Origin: an uncultured bacterium
GTDB taxonomy: Bacteria; Cyanobacteriota; Vampirovibrionia; Gastranaerophilales; Gastranaerophilaceae
NCBI GenBank assembly: GCA_949291445.1
Contig: CASEVT010000007.1
Coordinates: 1 to 54,958, forward strand
DNA: 54,958 nucleotides
Direction: 5' to 3'
The notes beneath the pieces were generated by a model that did not search any database, was not told the origin of the DNA, and saw only the letters and a program-made list of their open reading frames with translations. The position numbers and the translations under genes are program-made. This document shows positions 40,412-49,209 of the stretch, one piece after another (the first letter of the stretch is position 1; each line of letters starts with the position of its first letter).

Positions 40412-40441
40412 TGCAAAAAAAAACGGCATATAATGCCGTTT
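40412..40441. terminator. Terminator hairpin between comF and the convergent Ala-rich gene
   Basis: AAACGGCAT (40421-40429) / ATGCCGTTT (40433-40441). On the minus strand it is followed by a T9 run (complement of 40412-40420). Confidence 0.8.
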
Positions 40442-40483
40442 GTAAAATACCTTTTCCCATTCCCTATAGTCTTTTCAAGAAAA

Positions 40484-41788
40484 TTAAACTTGTGTAAACT
40501 TCATAAAGAAGTTGTTATTTGCACTTGAGCCGGTTGTGCTTACCGGATTAGACGCAGTTGAGTTGTTTTGTGCAACTTGAGGTGCAGAATTTTTTGGGAC
40601 ATCTGATTTTGTGTTATTTGCTGTTGCGGTTTTGGACTGAGCATTGGTATTTGATTGACCGTTTGTAAATGAACCGTCAGAGTTTGAGAACATGTTTGAT
40701 GAACCGTTTTGAGTAAACATATTCTCTCCGCCCAATGATACGTATCCGGTTGCGCTGGAATCATTTTCCAATTTTTCTATAAGTTCTTGCAATTCACGAC
40801 GAACCTGTGCAGCTTGAGCAGATGACATTGTTTTGGTTTGTTCGGTTGCATCTTTTTTGGTTGATAATAGTTGTGAAAATTGTTGGTAAACACCCTTAGC
40901 TTGATTTAGTGTAGTTTGTAAAGTTTTCAACTTGCTTTCAGCTGCAGTTAAAGACTTTTCCGCCGTGGCAAGAGAGGCTTGATCTTTTGTCAACTGTGCC
41001 TTATCAGCGTCAAGCTGGGTTTTTGCGGCAGCTTCTTCTGCCTTAGCTTTTGTCAATGCAGCTTTAGCACTTGTTAATGCAGCCTGAGCTGCTGCCAATT
41101 TAGCTTCTGCTGCCACAACTGCTGCGGCTGCTGCAGCTCCTGCAAAAGGCACTGCCGCTGCTGCTTGCGCCGCTGCTAATTCTGCTTTTGCGGTTGCAAC
41201 TGCTGTTGTGCATACTTTGACTTCGCCTTCTGCAAGTTTTGTTGCTGCTTGCGCTGCTGTATATTTTGCTGTAGACGCTTCTACTTTTGCCGTTTGTTGT
41301 GTAACTTTAGTTTGTGCAGCTTTTTGAACTGTTTTTGCTGCATTAACCGTTTGTGTACCTGCATCAACCATTTGTTGCGATTGGTCGACAACTGCACTTT
41401 GAGCATCAACATTGTTTTGTGCTTCTGTTTCTTCTTCTTGTGCGGCAACTACCGGTTCTGATGATTCTGCGTCATAGCCATCCAATTCCGTCAATGCTTG
41501 TTTTGCCGGCTCTAATTCACCGCTTTGCAGTGCTTGATTTCCTTGTGCAACTTTTGAGTCCTCTACTGATTGTGCTGCACTGCCACTATCTGTACTCGTC
41601 ACTGCGGAAGCACTTGATTGACCTTTGGTCGTGAAACTGCAGCTATCCCCCGTTCCGAGCAACTTGTCGCCATTTATTCCGATTTGTATATCCTTAGGAT
41701 TGCTCGCTTGCGGTACAGATACATAACTTTTTGATGCTTCAAGTCTTTCTAAATATAAACCTTGGCTATTTGCTTTTTCTACTGACAT
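40484..41788 (-). CDS. Ala/Gln/Thr/Lys-rich coiled-coil protein, orphan
   Basis: 434 aa, no signal peptide or TM. N-terminal ~60-aa globular segment, a ~230-aa Ala-rich helical core (AELAAAQAAAAVPFAGAAAAAAVVAAEAKLAAAQAALTSAKAALTKAKAEEAAAKTQLDADKAQL...), and an N/S/T/Q-rich tail. Confidence 0.7.
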   Translation of the reverse strand: MSVEKANSQGLYLERLEASKSYVSVPQASNPKDIQIGINGDKLLGTGDSCSFTTKGQSSASAVTSTDSGSAAQSVEDSKVAQGNQALQSGELEPAKQALTELDGYDAESSEPVVAAQEEETEAQNNVDAQSAVVDQSQQMVDAGTQTVNAAKTVQKAAQTKVTQQTAKVEASTAKYTAAQAATKLAEGEVKVCTTAVATAKAELAAAQAAAAVPFAGAAAAAAVVAAEAKLAAAQAALTSAKAALTKAKAEEAAAKTQLDADKAQLTKDQASLATAEKSLTAAESKLKTLQTTLNQAKGVYQQFSQLLSTKKDATEQTKTMSSAQAAQVRRELQELIEKLENDSSATGYVSLGGENMFTQNGSSNMFSNSDGSFTNGQSNTNAQSKTATANNTKSDVPKNSAPQVAQNNSTASNPVSTTGSSANNNFFMKFTQV

Positions 41789-41935
41789 TTTTTACTCTCT
41801 TCTATTTATTTTTTTCTCTAATATTTCTATTTTTTCTCTCTTATATTTTTATAAAGATCTTTTTTGTGAAAAAATTGATATTTTTTATATACTATTTATA
41901 TAAAATTTACACTACTTAACATTTTATGGTTTGGA

Positions 41936-41957
41936 TTTTGTAACATTTTTGTAACAT
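41936..41957 (+). repeat. Perfect 2 x 11-nt tandem direct repeat TTTTGTAACAT in a divergent promoter region
   Basis: 41936-41946 and 41947-41957 are identical, 78 nt upstream of ATG 42035 and 148 nt upstream of ATG 41788 (minus strand). Confidence 0.9.
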
Positions 41958-42034
41958 GCAGAAAGAATTTGGCAATTAATTTTTTTAGTACCATTGATAT
42001 AGGTGTAAGTTTAAAAATAAATGGAGTATCTGAA

Positions 42035-42460
42035 ATGCAAATCCCCTCATCTTTAAGAAATTTTGGAACAAACCTTAAAACCAAGGTAACCAACATGGGT
42101 ACAACTATTAAAGAACATGCAAACACAGCCGGCAAAAAAATAGGCGAAGGTTTTAGCACTGCCGGCACAAAACTTAGTGAACTTTCTAAAGACACGGTCG
42201 ATTTTGTGAAAACTAATCCCAAAGCCACAGCAGCAGCTGTAGGTGTAGGAGCCGGAGTGGTTCTTTTATATAACGGGATTAAAAAAGCAATCGAAAACAA
42301 AAGAGTTCAAAACTTTCAAAAAGAATTGTTCAACAAGATGATTGACTCACAAAATGACCAACAAAAAGCCTTACTTCGCAACATCATTAAAAAGCAAGAT
42401 GCAGCTTTAAAGGCAAGCCACGATACAATTGAAGATTTAAAAAGTAAAATCAACGATTAA
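42035..42460 (+). CDS. Small membrane-anchored helical protein (YtxH-like architecture), hypothetical
   Basis: ATG 42035 with SD TGGAG 8 nt upstream (track start 41969 is TTG). Central TM ATAAAVGVGAGVVLLY flanked by amphipathic/coiled-coil segments. Followed by a strong terminator. Confidence 0.6.
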   Translation: MQIPSSLRNFGTNLKTKVTNMGTTIKEHANTAGKKIGEGFSTAGTKLSELSKDTVDFVKTNPKATAAAVGVGAGVVLLYNGIKKAIENKRVQNFQKELFNKMIDSQNDQQKALLRNIIKKQDAALKASHDTIEDLKSKIND

Positions 42461-42483
42461 TCAAAATTACTGAAAGTTCTTAT

Positions 42484-42520
42484 AAAACGCCGGATTATCA
42501 ATCCGGCGTTTTACTATTTT
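42484..42520 (+). terminator. Rho-independent terminator
   Basis: AAAACGCCGGATT (42484-42496) / AATCCGGCGTTTT (42500-42512), a 13-bp stem followed by T-rich sequence. Confidence 0.85.
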
Positions 42521-42596
42521 ATTTTCTTTAAAAAATTCTATTTTTCATTTCACGGCTTTTTGGTAAAATGCGGTTGATAAAATAAGGAAAAGATAA

Positions 42597-44978
42597 TTGC
42601 AAAAAACAACACTGACAATATTCATTTCTTCATTTTACATAGCCGGTATTATCGCATATCTTAGCAATTTCACAATTATTTTTGGATTCATCTGTCTTAT
42701 AGTTTTGATTGCAGGAGTCCTGAAAGATGTTATCAAACCCAAATATGCAGTAATAATATACTTGTTTTTCGCTGCAGCACTTCTCAATTGTTCAACACAA
42801 ATAGCTAACAAGGACAATCTATATGATTTAGCACCCTCACAGGGCGAGATAAAAGGCACAGTTATATCTATTCCGACAACAAATATAAACGACAGGACAA
42901 AATTTTACCTTAAAGTTGACACTGCAAGGATAAATGGCAAAAATTATGACGACTTAAACTCAAAAACAATCGTAAGTCTTCAAGATACAAAGACCAATTA
43001 CTCAAAAATAAATATAGGTGACACTGTGAAATTGCAGGGTCAGTTAAGGGAGCCGTTGAAAGCTGTTAACCCCTCGCAATTTGATTACAAAAACTATTTA
43101 AAATACCAGAACACCTTCACAACATTTTACGTCAAAGGTAAAAACTGGAAAATCATAAGCACACCATCAAATTTTAGCTGGAAATTTCTACAGAAACTAA
43201 ATCACACAAGACAAAAAATAATCAACATACACAAAGAGTACTTAAAAAGTCCGAACATAGAGATACTCGGCGGCATAGTATTTGGCGACGATGCAATAAA
43301 TCCGCCTATTGATATTCGAAATTCATTCATCAACTCGGGGTTATTGCATATACTTGCGGCATCGGGGATGAACGTATCGATTATTTTTGGGATCTGGTAT
43401 TTTCTCGGAACAAGATTAAGATTGAATTACAGGCTAATTATTTTTACCGGTGCAATTTTAGTAGGGTTTTACACACTTATGACAGGAATGGGTGCATCCG
43501 TATTACGTGCGGCACTTATGATCGAGTTTGTACTTTTGGGCAAATTGATTGACAGAAACGCCGACGGCGTCGCATTATTATTTCTGGTTGCGCTAATATT
43601 GTTAATCATTAATCCCGCTATGATTATGGAAGTCGGATTTCAACTTTCTTTCATAGTAACCTTTGCGCTAATGTACAATTGCCCGCCGATTCTGTCCAAA
43701 ATAGAAAACAAATACCTTGAATTTGCGGCAGGAACAGTTATGATACCGATAGTTGCTCAGCTCTGGGCAGCGCCTATACAAATGTTTTATTTTAACAACT
43801 TTGCCACTTATTCAATATTTGCCAATATACTGATAAGCCCATTCATAGTAGTAATAAGTTTCTTAGGTTTCATAAGTTCAATGCTTGCTCTGATACCTAT
43901 GATTGCAAACAAGATCTGTATGGTAACAGATTTTATACTAAATCCGTTTATATCAGGGCTGGTAAATATTTCCAATTTCTTTTCAGAACTCCCGAATGCC
44001 TTGCTAATAACCCCACATCCGTCTTTGTTACAAATAATACTTTATTATTCCGCATTGACACTTATAGGCGCACTTTTGCATTCAAAATTCAAACACACCA
44101 AACTCTTGATTGGAGCAGTATGTTTATTTATAATTTTCGGGCTTTCACTGATAAAATTTGAAAGCGGCAAATGCGAGATAATAGCGTTCAGCGTAGGCAA
44201 TGCGGACAGTTTCTTAATCAAAACACCGAATAAAAAGCACATACTAATTGACACAGGAAAAAATTCTTACGGAAGCTTTTCACCGGCGAATGCCATAATA
44301 AATAAGTATCTAAAGGACAACGGAATTAAAAAATTAGACTTGCTAATCATAACCCACTATGATCAGGATCATGCCGGAGGTGCCATGGACATATTGAAAC
44401 AAGTCAAGGCAAAACAAATTTTAACCGGCCCGAATCCGCCGGACAGCAACAATGCGAAAAAGCTTGTCGAATATATGAATGCGACAAATCAAAATTACTC
44501 AAAAGCACAAAATGGCAAAACAGTTATAAAAGAAAAAAATTTTGAAATAAAAACCTTTGTTCCGGAGCAGTCAAACAAAGAAGATGACAATGAAAGTTCG
44601 GTTATTACACTGTTAAGTTACAAAGACTTTGACATGTTATTTATGGCAGATGCAAGCTACAAAAGTTATAGCAAAATAAAACCCGAACTGCCCGACAAAA
44701 TTGAAGTGATAAAAATCGGACACCACGGAGCATACAACACAGTTACAAAAGCAATGACAAAGAACTTGCAAACAGCAATCATTTCAACAGGTCCAAACTC
44801 CTACGGTCATCCGAACTCAAGCACAATAGATCTGATAATAAAAAGCGGCACAAAACTTCTTCGCACGGATTCGGATAATGCAATTAAAATTTCAACAAAC
44901 GGACTGGAATACGCAGTTTATAAATATATTGTTCAGACCAAACGTTTTCAAAGAGAATTCATCGAAAAGGCTCTGTAA
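42597..44978 (+). CDS. comEC: DNA internalization-related competence protein ComEC/Rec2 (with C-terminal MBL domain)
   Basis: N-terminal TMs plus an OB-like region, competence domain (GLLHILAASGMNV, GASVLRAA, GFQLSF), C-terminal MBL (ITHYDQDHAGG, IGHHG). TTG start at 42597 preceded by AAGGAAAAG. There is no ATG for the first ~250 codons, so TTG is the only start upstream of the N-terminal TM region. Confidence 0.9.
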   Translation: MQKTTLTIFISSFYIAGIIAYLSNFTIIFGFICLIVLIAGVLKDVIKPKYAVIIYLFFAAALLNCSTQIANKDNLYDLAPSQGEIKGTVISIPTTNINDRTKFYLKVDTARINGKNYDDLNSKTIVSLQDTKTNYSKINIGDTVKLQGQLREPLKAVNPSQFDYKNYLKYQNTFTTFYVKGKNWKIISTPSNFSWKFLQKLNHTRQKIINIHKEYLKSPNIEILGGIVFGDDAINPPIDIRNSFINSGLLHILAASGMNVSIIFGIWYFLGTRLRLNYRLIIFTGAILVGFYTLMTGMGASVLRAALMIEFVLLGKLIDRNADGVALLFLVALILLIINPAMIMEVGFQLSFIVTFALMYNCPPILSKIENKYLEFAAGTVMIPIVAQLWAAPIQMFYFNNFATYSIFANILISPFIVVISFLGFISSMLALIPMIANKICMVTDFILNPFISGLVNISNFFSELPNALLITPHPSLLQIILYYSALTLIGALLHSKFKHTKLLIGAVCLFIIFGLSLIKFESGKCEIIAFSVGNADSFLIKTPNKKHILIDTGKNSYGSFSPANAIINKYLKDNGIKKLDLLIITHYDQDHAGGAMDILKQVKAKQILTGPNPPDSNNAKKLVEYMNATNQNYSKAQNGKTVIKEKNFEIKTFVPEQSNKEDDNESSVITLLSYKDFDMLFMADASYKSYSKIKPELPDKIEVIKIGHHGAYNTVTKAMTKNLQTAIISTGPNSYGHPNSSTIDLIIKSGTKLLRTDSDNAIKISTNGLEYAVYKYIVQTKRFQREFIEKAL

Positions 44979-45044
44979 TTGAAATAGTCCAAAACTATTG
45001 ATAGATTGGAGATTTATAGTTATTATAAATAGCGGAGAGTACAA

Positions 45045-45782
45045 ATGCCGCATTTTTTTATACAAAAAAAAGATATTACAGACAACAAAATAAAAATCAC
45101 TGAAAAAAGTACTTTTCACCACCTATCGAGAGTATTGAGAGTTAAGAGTGGAGAAAAACTCCTTCTGGTTGATGAAAATCAAACACAGTATAACACAAGA
45201 ATTTGCAATATCACAACAGACTATATTGAAACGGAGATTGTAAAAATCAGTCAAACCAATCACTCGCTTAAACTGAATTTATATTTGGCACAAGCAGTAT
45301 TGAAAAATGATGCACAGAATTTTGTTATCCAAAAATCCACAGAGCTTGGTGTAAAAGGTATTATTCCAATCTGTACGGACAATTGCGTTCTGAAAGAATC
45401 TGTAATTGATTCCAAGATGGAAAAATGGCAAAAAATTGCAAATGAAGCTGTAAAACAGTGTGAAAGAACAGATTTGCCGACAGTTTTTGAAAGAAAAACC
45501 TTAGAAGAACTCTTTAAGTCAGATGAATACAAAATAAAATTGATGTGTGCAGAACGCTCCGACAAAGTCAGAATGAAAAATATACTTGAAAATATCAAAA
45601 TAAACGACAAAGACAAAATTCTTGTTATAATCGGACCGGAGGGCGGATTTTCACAACGGGAACTAGAATTGGCAGAGGCATTCAACCTGCCCAAAATTTC
45701 TCTTGGCAACTTAATATTAAGAGCAGAAACCGCCGCAATTTGTGCTTTATCCAATATTATCTACGAGCTTGAAAATGAATAA
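45045..45782 (+). CDS. rsmE: 16S rRNA (uracil1498-N3)-methyltransferase RsmE
   Basis: MPHFFI..., KNDAQNFVIQKSTELGV, IGPEGGFSQRELE. SD GGAGAG. Confidence 0.9.
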   Translation: MPHFFIQKKDITDNKIKITEKSTFHHLSRVLRVKSGEKLLLVDENQTQYNTRICNITTDYIETEIVKISQTNHSLKLNLYLAQAVLKNDAQNFVIQKSTELGVKGIIPICTDNCVLKESVIDSKMEKWQKIANEAVKQCERTDLPTVFERKTLEELFKSDEYKIKLMCAERSDKVRMKNILENIKINDKDKILVIIGPEGGFSQRELELAEAFNLPKISLGNLILRAETAAICALSNIIYELENE

Positions 45783-47184
45783 CTTCGAAGAATATATAAA
45801 AAACAACAAAATACTTAACCTCATACAACCCCACCTGCAAAACAAACAAACATACATAGTAGGCGGATATTTAAGGGATGTTATTTTAGGCAGGGAATCT
45901 TCGGATATTGATATAGTAACCTTTCTTGAAGATTCAAAAACCGTTGCACAAAAGCTGGCAAAAAATCTGAAGGCATATCTTGTTACACTTGATGAGACAA
46001 ACCAAATATACAGAATTGTGCTGCCTGACAAAATAACCTATATTGATATTGCGCAAGGAGAAGGAAAAAATATAGAAGAAGATTTGCTGCGTCGTGATTT
46101 TTCAATTAATGCACTGGGTTATGATCTTTATAACAAAAAAATTATTGATGTAACTAATTCGATATCCGATATACACAACAAAATAATCAGAGAAATCTCA
46201 AAAAAAAATATTGAAGATGACCCGATAAGAATGCTCAGAGCCTACCGTTTTCAAAGTGAATTAGGTTTTGAAATATCGGAGAGTCTAAATGAAATTATAA
46301 AAAATCTTGCAAAAGACATTGAAAAGAGCGCAAAAGAACGAATAAATACAGAGTTAACAAAACTTTTTGCGGGTGAACACGCTTCAAAAGCAATAACCGC
46401 CATGGATGCGACAAAAATTCTTCACCACATACTGCCGGAATGTGAAGAACTAAAAAAAATCCCCCCGAACTCTCATCACCACCTTTGCCTGTTCAATCAT
46501 TGCATCAGTGTAACAGACAAAATAGAAGAATTTATAAAAAAATCACCCGAAGAAGTGAAAAAACATTTTGAGGCAAAACCGTTTGGTTCAGTTAACAAAA
46601 AAGGATACCTTAAACTTGCGGCATTTTTACACGATATAGGCAAGCCTAAAACATGGACAATTGAACCTGAAACCGGTCGCCACAGATTTATAAAACACGA
46701 CGACGTCGGTGCAAAACTTGCCCCGCAAATTTTAAAAAAACTTAAGTTCTCGAACAAACAAATTAAATATATTCAAAAATTAATAAAATACCATATCTAC
46801 CCAGCCAATGTCGTAACAGGAGAGAATTACACCGAAAAAGCCGTCTTAAAATTTTTCAGAAAAATGGAAGACGATGCATTAGATGTAATAGCAATCGCCT
46901 ACTCAGACAGACTCTCAGCACTAGGCCCCGACATAACCGAAGAAATGGTTACCAACAACATCAACGGTCTTTGGTCTTTGGTTGAGCGTTATTTAAAAAT
47001 CAAAAACGAACTTGCACCGCTACCGAAATTGCTTGACGGGAATGAGATTATGCAAATTTTGGGTATAAAAGCGGGACCGCAACTTGGCAAAATTATAAAA
47101 GCTCTCAAAGAAGCACAACTCTCATCTGAGGTTCAAACAAAAGACGATGCCATCATGTTCATAAAAAAACTGGGTAAAAATTAA
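45775..47184 (+). CDS. cca: CCA-adding enzyme / tRNA nucleotidyltransferase with HD domain
   Basis: VGGYLRDVILGRESSDIDIV, RRDFSINAL, DPIRMLRAYRF, HD domain LAAFLHDIGKP. ATG 45775 overlaps the rsmE stop by 8 nt. Confidence 0.88.
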   Translation: MNNFEEYIKNNKILNLIQPHLQNKQTYIVGGYLRDVILGRESSDIDIVTFLEDSKTVAQKLAKNLKAYLVTLDETNQIYRIVLPDKITYIDIAQGEGKNIEEDLLRRDFSINALGYDLYNKKIIDVTNSISDIHNKIIREISKKNIEDDPIRMLRAYRFQSELGFEISESLNEIIKNLAKDIEKSAKERINTELTKLFAGEHASKAITAMDATKILHHILPECEELKKIPPNSHHHLCLFNHCISVTDKIEEFIKKSPEEVKKHFEAKPFGSVNKKGYLKLAAFLHDIGKPKTWTIEPETGRHRFIKHDDVGAKLAPQILKKLKFSNKQIKYIQKLIKYHIYPANVVTGENYTEKAVLKFFRKMEDDALDVIAIAYSDRLSALGPDITEEMVTNNINGLWSLVERYLKIKNELAPLPKLLDGNEIMQILGIKAGPQLGKIIKALKEAQLSSEVQTKDDAIMFIKKLGKN

Positions 47185-48164
47185 ACGCGTTCAACAACCC
47201 GATCCAGATCTATATTCAAGCACTCCAAACTTTCACAACTAGTTTGCCGCTTGTCCCAAAGACAAGGTCGACAAGCACAATCATTCTTAATCGCAACAAA
47301 CAAATCGGATTCAGGCAACAATTTTTTTTCATCAGTGGGCCCAAAAAGCCCGAACGTTCTTGTGCCGACGGCAACGCCTATGTGCATTGGCGCAGAATCT
47401 GAACAGATGAGAAGCTCCGCCCGTTTAGCAAGTCTTGCAAAATCCATGATATTCTTTGTTGTGCCGTACAAGTTGACAAAATTTTGTGAAGGATGTTCCC
47501 TCATTATCTCAACAATCTTGTCAATACACTCCTCATCATCCGGTCCGCCGATAAGGTAGACTTTTTTGCCCTTATCAAGCAACTTGATAATCAATTCCGC
47601 CCAAACATCCGGCGACCAGGTTTTTATTATATTTTTCAAGACACTAATCTTGCTAACTCCCGGATGAACAAGAACACTGTTATTTTCTTTTTCAACCTCA
47701 CCTACATCTATCTGCGGAATCTCCGTAACCACGTCTGTTATGGGTGAAACAAGCTCATGATACATCTTTGAAGCATATCGATTCTTATCGAGTTTTACCG
47801 CCTGAGTGAGCAAAATTCGACTCAAAAACCCACTATCAAACCCATATCTTTCTTTTATCCCCGTCAAAAATAGCAGTATCGATATAAGCTTATTCCCGCC
47901 GGATGAAATTACGACATCATAATGACCACCCCACGCAGCCTTAAGCAGCTTAAAGAGCTCAAAATATTTATTTTTACCCTTAATATCAATCAACAAAACA
48001 TCGTCTATAATATTTGTCAAATCTTTTATACTTTTACTTCTGGGTTCCAAACAGAGCGTAATCTTAGCATCAGAAAATGTTTTTTTCAAACTTGAAATTG
48101 CCGGTAAAAAGAGTATCTCATCTCCAATACCGCCAAAATTAATTAACAATATATTTTTCGGCAT
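47181..48164 (-). CDS. Glycosyltransferase family 9 (heptosyltransferase-like)
   Basis: ILLINFGGIGDEILFLPAISSLKK, VLVHPGVS, LICSDSAPMHIGVAVG, FGPTD. The stop shares TTAA with the cca stop. Confidence 0.85.
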   Translation of the reverse strand: MPKNILLINFGGIGDEILFLPAISSLKKTFSDAKITLCLEPRSKSIKDLTNIIDDVLLIDIKGKNKYFELFKLLKAAWGGHYDVVISSGGNKLISILLFLTGIKERYGFDSGFLSRILLTQAVKLDKNRYASKMYHELVSPITDVVTEIPQIDVGEVEKENNSVLVHPGVSKISVLKNIIKTWSPDVWAELIIKLLDKGKKVYLIGGPDDEECIDKIVEIMREHPSQNFVNLYGTTKNIMDFARLAKRAELLICSDSAPMHIGVAVGTRTFGLFGPTDEKKLLPESDLFVAIKNDCACRPCLWDKRQTSCESLECLNIDLDRVVERV

Positions 48165-48183
48165 AATCCTGCTTCTTCAACAA

Positions 48184-48531
48184 CTAAAACGGTTTAGTCT
48201 GATTCAATTTACTTCTCAGCTCACGGAATCTGGCTATATCTTCCTGAGCTTTGGAGGATTCTTTAAATACAACCTGAGAAGACGGATGAACCATCAACAC
48301 ATAATCCATATGTATCTCTAAAAAATTGTAGCGTCTGGGCGGGACATTGCCGTTTCGAGAATAGATCTCTGCATTTGTCACAGCGAGGAATCTTCTCTCT
48401 TTGTCATTCAACAAATCTGTTAACTCACGATTTGTATTCGTATACTTAGAAACGTGCACTGTACCCTTAATATCGTGGTCTACAGTGAGTATACATACCT
48501 CTATTGGAATTGTATCAATATGTTTTGCCAT
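48184..48531 (-). CDS. Small hypothetical protein (115 aa), distant paralog of 54430..54711
   Basis: SD AAGGTGA. IEVCILTVDHDIKGTVHV...ELTDLLN...FLAVTNAEI...YNFLEIHMDYVLMVH, then a charged helical tail. 19 nt upstream of the GT9 gene. Confidence 0.65.
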   Translation of the reverse strand: MAKHIDTIPIEVCILTVDHDIKGTVHVSKYTNTNRELTDLLNDKERRFLAVTNAEIYSRNGNVPPRRYNFLEIHMDYVLMVHPSSQVVFKESSKAQEDIARFRELRSKLNQTKPF

Positions 48532-48677
48532 CGTTCACCTTTTTCCCGTACATAAATTATATTATATTTTAATCTTTATAGCAACGAAATTTTTTATAAA
48601 CCCTAAATTTTTAGCAATTATTTTTATCAAAATGTTTTTATATAAATAAGGCAAGGGATATTTATGAGGAATTACCA

Positions 48678-49109
48678 ATGACTGCAGAAGGAACGAATAT
48701 ACAAAGCAGCTACGGTTCAATTGAAGTAACCGTTCCAAAATTTGATGCTGCCGAAACTTATGCAAAAAATCACGCAGAGTTTCTCAAAAAATTAGAAAAA
48801 CAACAAAAAGAAAATAACACATATTATCTACAAAGAATGCTCAACGGGCTAAATTTGAATTGCACAAACTACTGGAACACAAAAAACGCGCTCAATGGCG
48901 TCCAATCATTGCAATATCATCTCAATTGCAATTTAAACTGTGACAGCTCAATTCACACAAAAATTGCGTCCCTAAAAGCGCAACAACCAATATTAGAGGA
49001 GAAACTGGCAGAATTTGAGCAAGGTAAATCAGACGCCTACACCCTCCAACTCGACAGCTCAAAACAGAATAACACCCCAAACATAAATTCCGCAAACTTG
49101 TTTGCATAA
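48678..49109 (+). CDS. Hypothetical protein
   Basis: SD GAGGAA 5 nt upstream of ATG 48678. 143 aa, no TM. Asn-rich with repeated LNC motifs (GLNLNCTN, HLNCNLNCDS). Confidence 0.55.
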   Translation: MTAEGTNIQSSYGSIEVTVPKFDAAETYAKNHAEFLKKLEKQQKENNTYYLQRMLNGLNLNCTNYWNTKNALNGVQSLQYHLNCNLNCDSSIHTKIASLKAQQPILEEKLAEFEQGKSDAYTLQLDSSKQNNTPNINSANLFA

Positions 49110-49209
49110 AAACTTATTCGTGTTTGACAAGCTAAAAGCTTTCACTCGTGTGGGTTCCAGCGTTCTATCTTCGCATGCAATAATTCACAAAAAACGAAAT
49201 CCAACTATC

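Noticed and set aside
41896-42300. 134-aa minus-strand ORF overlapping 42035..42460
   Set aside because: It is a shadow frame of the plus-strand gene, which has an SD and its own terminator. The minus ORF has neither and begins inside the plus-strand gene, antisense to it.
45260-45754. 164-aa minus-strand ORF inside rsmE
   Set aside because: Antisense shadow. rsmE motifs are clear on the plus strand.
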